A stretch of DNA of 31,644 bases, taken from the NCBI GenBank assembly GCA_039030515.1, contig JBCCEA010000043.1, positions 1 through 31,644 of the forward strand. The letters are read 5' to 3'. This document shows, in pieces, positions 27,643 to 31,644 of the stretch. Within the stretch, counting starts at the first letter, position 1. Each line of letters begins with the position of its first letter. This stretch comes from Myxococcota bacterium (GTDB taxonomy: Bacteria > Myxococcota_A > Polyangia > Polyangiales > Houyiibacteriaceae). The notes under the pieces are model-generated. The model searched no databases. It was not told the origin of the DNA and worked only from the letters and a program-made list of their open reading frames with translations. Both the position numbers and the translations under genes were made by a program.

Positions 27643-29292
27643 TTGAGTCAGGAGTCCAAAGTCCGCCCGCCTGAGCGCGACGCATCCTCTGCGGGGCCAG
27701 ACCACCAGACCGAGGAGGCGGGGGACGAAACCCGCGCGGCGTTGAAGAGACTCGCCATCGTCGCAGTGGTCTTTGGAATCCTCACCGCCCTCAGCTATGC
27801 GTTCCCGGCCCTGGAGCCCGTGCGCCCTTTGCGGCCGGGAGATTCGATCCCCGTCGTTCGTGCATTCCAAAGCTGGGGCGGATCGAAGCCGCCTGGATTT
27901 GCCGGTCTTGGCGACAGCTATCGCCCGCCAGAACAGGAGCGGAGCACCATCGAGAAGTCACTCGGCGTCTCGGTGGCAGACAACCTTCGATCAGAGGATC
28001 CACCCGTTGAACCCACCGGCATCGAAATCCGAGCGGAGGAATATCAAGGCATCGAGGTCACGGTCGAGGATCCTGAGTTCAGAGGCTTGACGCCCTTCTT
28101 CGAGCAGCTCGTCCGCACTGCGAAAAAAGAAGCGGGAGCGATCACCCGCATCGCGCATCTTGGGGACTCCAGCATCGCCACAGATCTCATCACCCACACG
28201 GTGCGCCGCAACCTTCAGCTCCGCTTCGGGGACGCCGGCCATGGTTTCGTGCTGGTAGCGCGAGGCGCCCTACCCTACGGCCATCGAGACGTTCACCACA
28301 CCAGCAGCAATCACTGGACCACGCTTGAAGCGGTGCGCAAGCAGGCCCGTGATGGACACTACGGGATCGGTGGAGTTCAGGTCAGGGCACGCGCCGGAGC
28401 CTGGGCGATCTTTGGCACCGCAGAGCATCCCCGAAGCCCGGTAGGTCAGCGGATGAGCATCTTCGAGCTGCATTTTCAAAGGCATCCGAGAGGTCCCCGT
28501 ATTCGGATAGAGCTCGACGACCGGGAGGTTCGGTGGGTTGAAACCCGCTCTGAAGAGCCCGAAGACGGTCACGTACGCATCCAGCTCGAAGACGGACCGC
28601 ACCGGGTACAGGTTCGGCCAGGCCCTGGGGGGATCGCACGGCTGTATGGCGCGGTACTCGAGCGGGAGGTTCCGGGAGTGGTCTACGATTCGCTCGGCAT
28701 GGTCGGCGCTCGGGCCCGACGCCTATCGAATTTCGACGAGAAGCACATCCAGCATCAGCTTTCACAGCGTCAAACGAACCTGCTGATCGTCGGGTTTGGC
28801 GGCAACTCCGCGAGCGACCCGCTAGAACGCTCCGAATACAAAGACAACTATCGGCGTATGCTGCGTCGGGTGCGGGGTACGCTTCCGGCCATGGGCTGTT
28901 TGATCTTTGCCCCACTCGATCAGGGATACCGTCGCGCTGGACGCATTCAGACCCTCGAAGCTCTGCCTCTTATTTTGGAGTCGCAGCGCAGTGTCGCCTT
29001 TGAAGAGGGCTGCGCTTTTTTCAACACCTTTGAGGCGATGGGTGGAGCCGGCGCGATCGGCCGCTGGTACCGAGCGAAGCCGCGACTTGCTCTGGGCGAT
29101 TTGCGCCACGCCACCCCAGAAGGCTACTCCGTTATCGGCAACATGTTCAGCAAGGCGCTGCTCAAAAGCTTCGCGCATTGGCTTGAAAGGCCTGCCTTAG
29201 AAAGCACCTCGCCCAAGCGGCCACCCGTTCGGACGCCTCTTGACAGAAGCACGCCCTCCGACAGGAGCTCCGGAGAACAAGATCTGCGCTGA
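27643..29292 (+). CDS. Membrane-anchored SGNH/GDSL protein (PatB-like O-acetyltransferase/esterase)
   Basis: N-terminal TM; block I GDSS, FGDAGHGF, block II GMVGAR, block III GGNS and block V DLRH; directly downstream of the MBOAT gene. Confidence 0.82.
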   Translation: MSQESKVRPPERDASSAGPDHQTEEAGDETRAALKRLAIVAVVFGILTALSYAFPALEPVRPLRPGDSIPVVRAFQSWGGSKPPGFAGLGDSYRPPEQERSTIEKSLGVSVADNLRSEDPPVEPTGIEIRAEEYQGIEVTVEDPEFRGLTPFFEQLVRTAKKEAGAITRIAHLGDSSIATDLITHTVRRNLQLRFGDAGHGFVLVARGALPYGHRDVHHTSSNHWTTLEAVRKQARDGHYGIGGVQVRARAGAWAIFGTAEHPRSPVGQRMSIFELHFQRHPRGPRIRIELDDREVRWVETRSEEPEDGHVRIQLEDGPHRVQVRPGPGGIARLYGAVLEREVPGVVYDSLGMVGARARRLSNFDEKHIQHQLSQRQTNLLIVGFGGNSASDPLERSEYKDNYRRMLRRVRGTLPAMGCLIFAPLDQGYRRAGRIQTLEALPLILESQRSVAFEEGCAFFNTFEAMGGAGAIGRWYRAKPRLALGDLRHATPEGYSVIGNMFSKALLKSFAHWLERPALESTSPKRPPVRTPLDRSTPSDRSSGEQDLR

Positions 29293-29399
29293 GCCAGGCT
29301 TGCACGGAACCAGGCCTGCACTGAGCCAGATTTGCGTTGAGCCAGATTTGCGCTGAGCCAGGCTTGCACTGAACCAGGCCTGCACTGAGCCGGGTCTCT
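29288..29399. repeat. Degenerate 16-bp tandem repeat (consensus RCTGAGCCAGRYYTGC) x7
   Basis: Units at 29288, 29304, 29320, 29336, 29352, 29368 and 29384, between convergent SGNH genes. Confidence 0.9.
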
Positions 29400-29430
29400 A
29401 TGGCAGGTGCGGCTCGCGATTGGCCTCAGA

Positions 29431-30975
29431 TCACTCTTGAAAGACGGTTTGCGGGGGAAGCGGCAAATCGCCTGCAGCGAACTCTGGACTAAATCCTTCC
29501 ATCATCGCGGCAAAAAGTTCTTCTGCGAGTCGCCGGTAGCCCTTGGCGGTCAAGTGAATGTGGTCTCTAGCGCCAAAGTCGAGTGCTACCCAGTCGACCA
29601 TCGAGAGTGGCCCTCCCATAAACGCGAGCAGATCGAAATAGCCACACCCAAACTCTAGGGCGAGTCGACGCTGGGTTTCGTTGATCTCCTGCACCCTCGG
29701 GAGCGCCTCCCATGCTCCCGACTCACCCTGCACCGGTCGATCGGAGGGGCCAACCAACAGGCACGATGACGACGGCACGACGTCTCGAATGCGGCGGAGC
29801 ACTCGACGCAGCTGAGCTTCGTAGGTGGGTATCGGCAGCGGATCTCCCGACTCATTCGTACCGTAGGCCAACACCACAAGGTCGGGCTGCCTTCGAGCCA
29901 AATGTTCCCGGTAGAGGTCGTCGTTCCACTGCAAATGAAGTCGCGCCCTCGCGCCGTTGATCCCGAGGGTATCGAGCACCACGCCCGATGCGTCTCGCTC
30001 CATCACCACCCCGAAGGCCCGAACCAGACCATCTCCCCGAGCGACGATCCGAAGTTGGTGGGGGCCGTCTGGGACGCGGTAAAGGCGATAGTCGGCAGTC
30101 GGCTCATCGGCGTCGGTTGAAACGACGTCTTGCGCGCGACCGTCGATCCACACTTCAAACGATCCTCCCTGGGGCTGACGGAGGTACCACAGTTCAAACT
30201 GATCCACTTGGCGACCCACTGGACCGCGACTAACGGTGCCCACCTGCCCAAAGGCACCTTGTTCCTCGGTCTCTACCGAAACCCCCGCAAGGCCGAAGTA
30301 GTCGATTCCCCGAAAACCCGTCGTCACCCGTCGAGCCACCCAGCGACGCCGATCGCTTTCGATGGAGACGCCCTGATGTACGTAAGTGCGCCACGGATGA
30401 ACGGGCATCACGAATCCATGGCCGGCATCCCCAAATCGGGTTTGAAGCTGCGCTCGGATCCAACCGGTAAAGCTGTCGCTCGCTACGTGGGAGGCTCCGT
30501 AGAAAAGCAGCCTGGCCTTTCCCTCCCCGCGCTCCGCCCGTCTTAGCGCAGCGTGAAACGCCTTCATCGACTGCCCGTCCGCATCCTCAACGCCGATAGG
30601 CAGTCCGAGTTGTCCATCGCTCTGCGGGCGACGCAGACGCAAAAGACGAGGTTCCGCGGAATCAGAACTGGAGACCGACGAACGCAAGGGTCCCGGTTCA
30701 TGCCTTACGGTGGGGGTTCCATCAGAAAGAGATTCCGCGCCGTAACCGGCCGACGAAGCGCGGTTGCCGGAATCCGCGTGACGATCCGCGATGCAGCCAC
30801 CGCCAAAGTAAGCAGCGGTAGACGTGATCAGCAGGAAGGTTCCCAACACAAGGCCAAACGCCAACCGGTCGGGACTCGTGCGAGAGCAGTTGGAAAGGAG
30901 ACCGTCGGTTCTTAAGCTGCGCGAATAAAATCGGCTGCCGGCGAGAAATCTAGACACGGCTGCATAATCCCTCAC
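29431..30975 (-). CDS. SGNH/GDSL protein (PatB/Ape-like), paralog of the neighbouring gene
   Basis: TM/signal region; block I GASH, FGDAGHGF, GINGAR, YGTNES and DHIH; start uncertain. Confidence 0.82.
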   Translation of the reverse strand: MRDYAAVSRFLAGSRFYSRSLRTDGLLSNCSRTSPDRLAFGLVLGTFLLITSTAAYFGGGCIADRHADSGNRASSAGYGAESLSDGTPTVRHEPGPLRSSVSSSDSAEPRLLRLRRPQSDGQLGLPIGVEDADGQSMKAFHAALRRAERGEGKARLLFYGASHVASDSFTGWIRAQLQTRFGDAGHGFVMPVHPWRTYVHQGVSIESDRRRWVARRVTTGFRGIDYFGLAGVSVETEEQGAFGQVGTVSRGPVGRQVDQFELWYLRQPQGGSFEVWIDGRAQDVVSTDADEPTADYRLYRVPDGPHQLRIVARGDGLVRAFGVVMERDASGVVLDTLGINGARARLHLQWNDDLYREHLARRQPDLVVLAYGTNESGDPLPIPTYEAQLRRVLRRIRDVVPSSSCLLVGPSDRPVQGESGAWEALPRVQEINETQRRLALEFGCGYFDLLAFMGGPLSMVDWVALDFGARDHIHLTAKGYRRLAEELFAAMMEGFSPEFAAGDLPLPPQTVFQE

Positions 30976-31160
30976 CGTAGACCTATCCGCCAGAGCGAAC
31001 CGCCCGCCCGTACTGGGCGGGCCCTTCCTCGAGCAAAAACGCGAACCTCAGGAATCGAGCAAGTGTGAACGAACGCCACAGTAAGACATGAATGTCCGGG
31101 TTCGACAGATTCATGCGACAAACTGCCTGAACTCCAAGCGAGGTCGCAGCGGCATATCTT

Positions 31161-31469
31161 TTGCTGCTTGTGCGTATAACGCTCAAGGACCCTCGCGTGC
31201 GAATACTTCTCTATTGTCTCTGCTGGAGTTTGCTCTGGCTCCCGCTGACCGGAACGATGCTCGACGCCTCTGTGCTGATGACCGGCTGGGCCGCTCCTGC
31301 GATTGGATTTGGCTCCGCGCTCAGTCCCGCCGGCTGGCAGGGGACCGAGCTGCAGACGACCACCCTTCCTTGGCTTCTCTACTGGTCCGGAGTCCTAATT
31401 GCAGCACTCCTGGGAATTGCCGGAGAGCTCCGCGTGCCAGACCGGCGGGACTCGAGGCTCTCTCTCTAG
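31161..31469 (+). CDS. Small putative membrane protein
   Basis: Two to three hydrophobic segments; no family recognised; start may be GTG 31197. Confidence 0.4.
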   Translation: MLLVRITLKDPRVRILLYCLCWSLLWLPLTGTMLDASVLMTGWAAPAIGFGSALSPAGWQGTELQTTTLPWLLYWSGVLIAALLGIAGELRVPDRRDSRLSL

Positions 31470-31525
31470 ACCGACCGCGGCCCGGGGGGCAGGCTTCGTC
31501 GGAGGACCCGAACATACGACGAGCA

Positions 31526-31644
31526 CAGAGCGTTGCACTCAGCAGAGCGTTGCACTCAGCAGAGCGTTGCACTCAGCAGAGCGTTGCACTCAGCAGAGCG
31601 TTGCACTCAGCAGAGCGTTGCACTCAGCAGAGCGTTGCACTCAG
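31526..31644. repeat. Perfect 17-bp tandem repeat (CAGAGCGTTGCACTCAG) x7, running off the window end
   Basis: Units at 31526, 31543, 31560, 31577, 31594, 31611 and 31628, with no spacers. Confidence 0.97.

Noticed and set aside
31002..31022. GCCCGCCC-gtact-GGGCGGGC hairpin as a terminator
   Set aside because: No adjacent U-tract, and it lies between divergent gene starts.
31526..31644. CRISPR, telomere or plasmid iterons
   Set aside because: No spacers, and no rep or cas gene in the window; similar arrays occur internally.

Overview
GC-rich (roughly 60% by eye) bacterial chromosomal window. Its gene content is compatible with a myxobacterium or deltaproteobacterium, but that assignment is inference. 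The left 13.6 kb is almost all minus strand. An Stf3-like PAPS sulfotransferase precedes a tightly coupled operon: polyprenyl-diphosphate synthase, class II HMG-CoA reductase, menG, menF, menD, menH, menA, menC, menE, with no menB. Downstream lie a Tat-lipoprotein carrying a superoxide-reductase-like His4Cys ligand set and a cluster of nested palindromic repeats. The right part encodes an ABC-F ATPase, a degenerate Nudix protein, a stand-alone receiver, a pentapeptide-repeat/K+-channel fusion next to an HDOD protein, an RRM protein and a MATE exporter. It also encodes a metallophosphoesterase, a membrane-anchored RING-finger-like protein, and an MBOAT plus two SGNH proteins (O-acetylation module). 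Several 16-18 bp minisatellites sit at gene ends. All calls come from motif reading; no searches were run.
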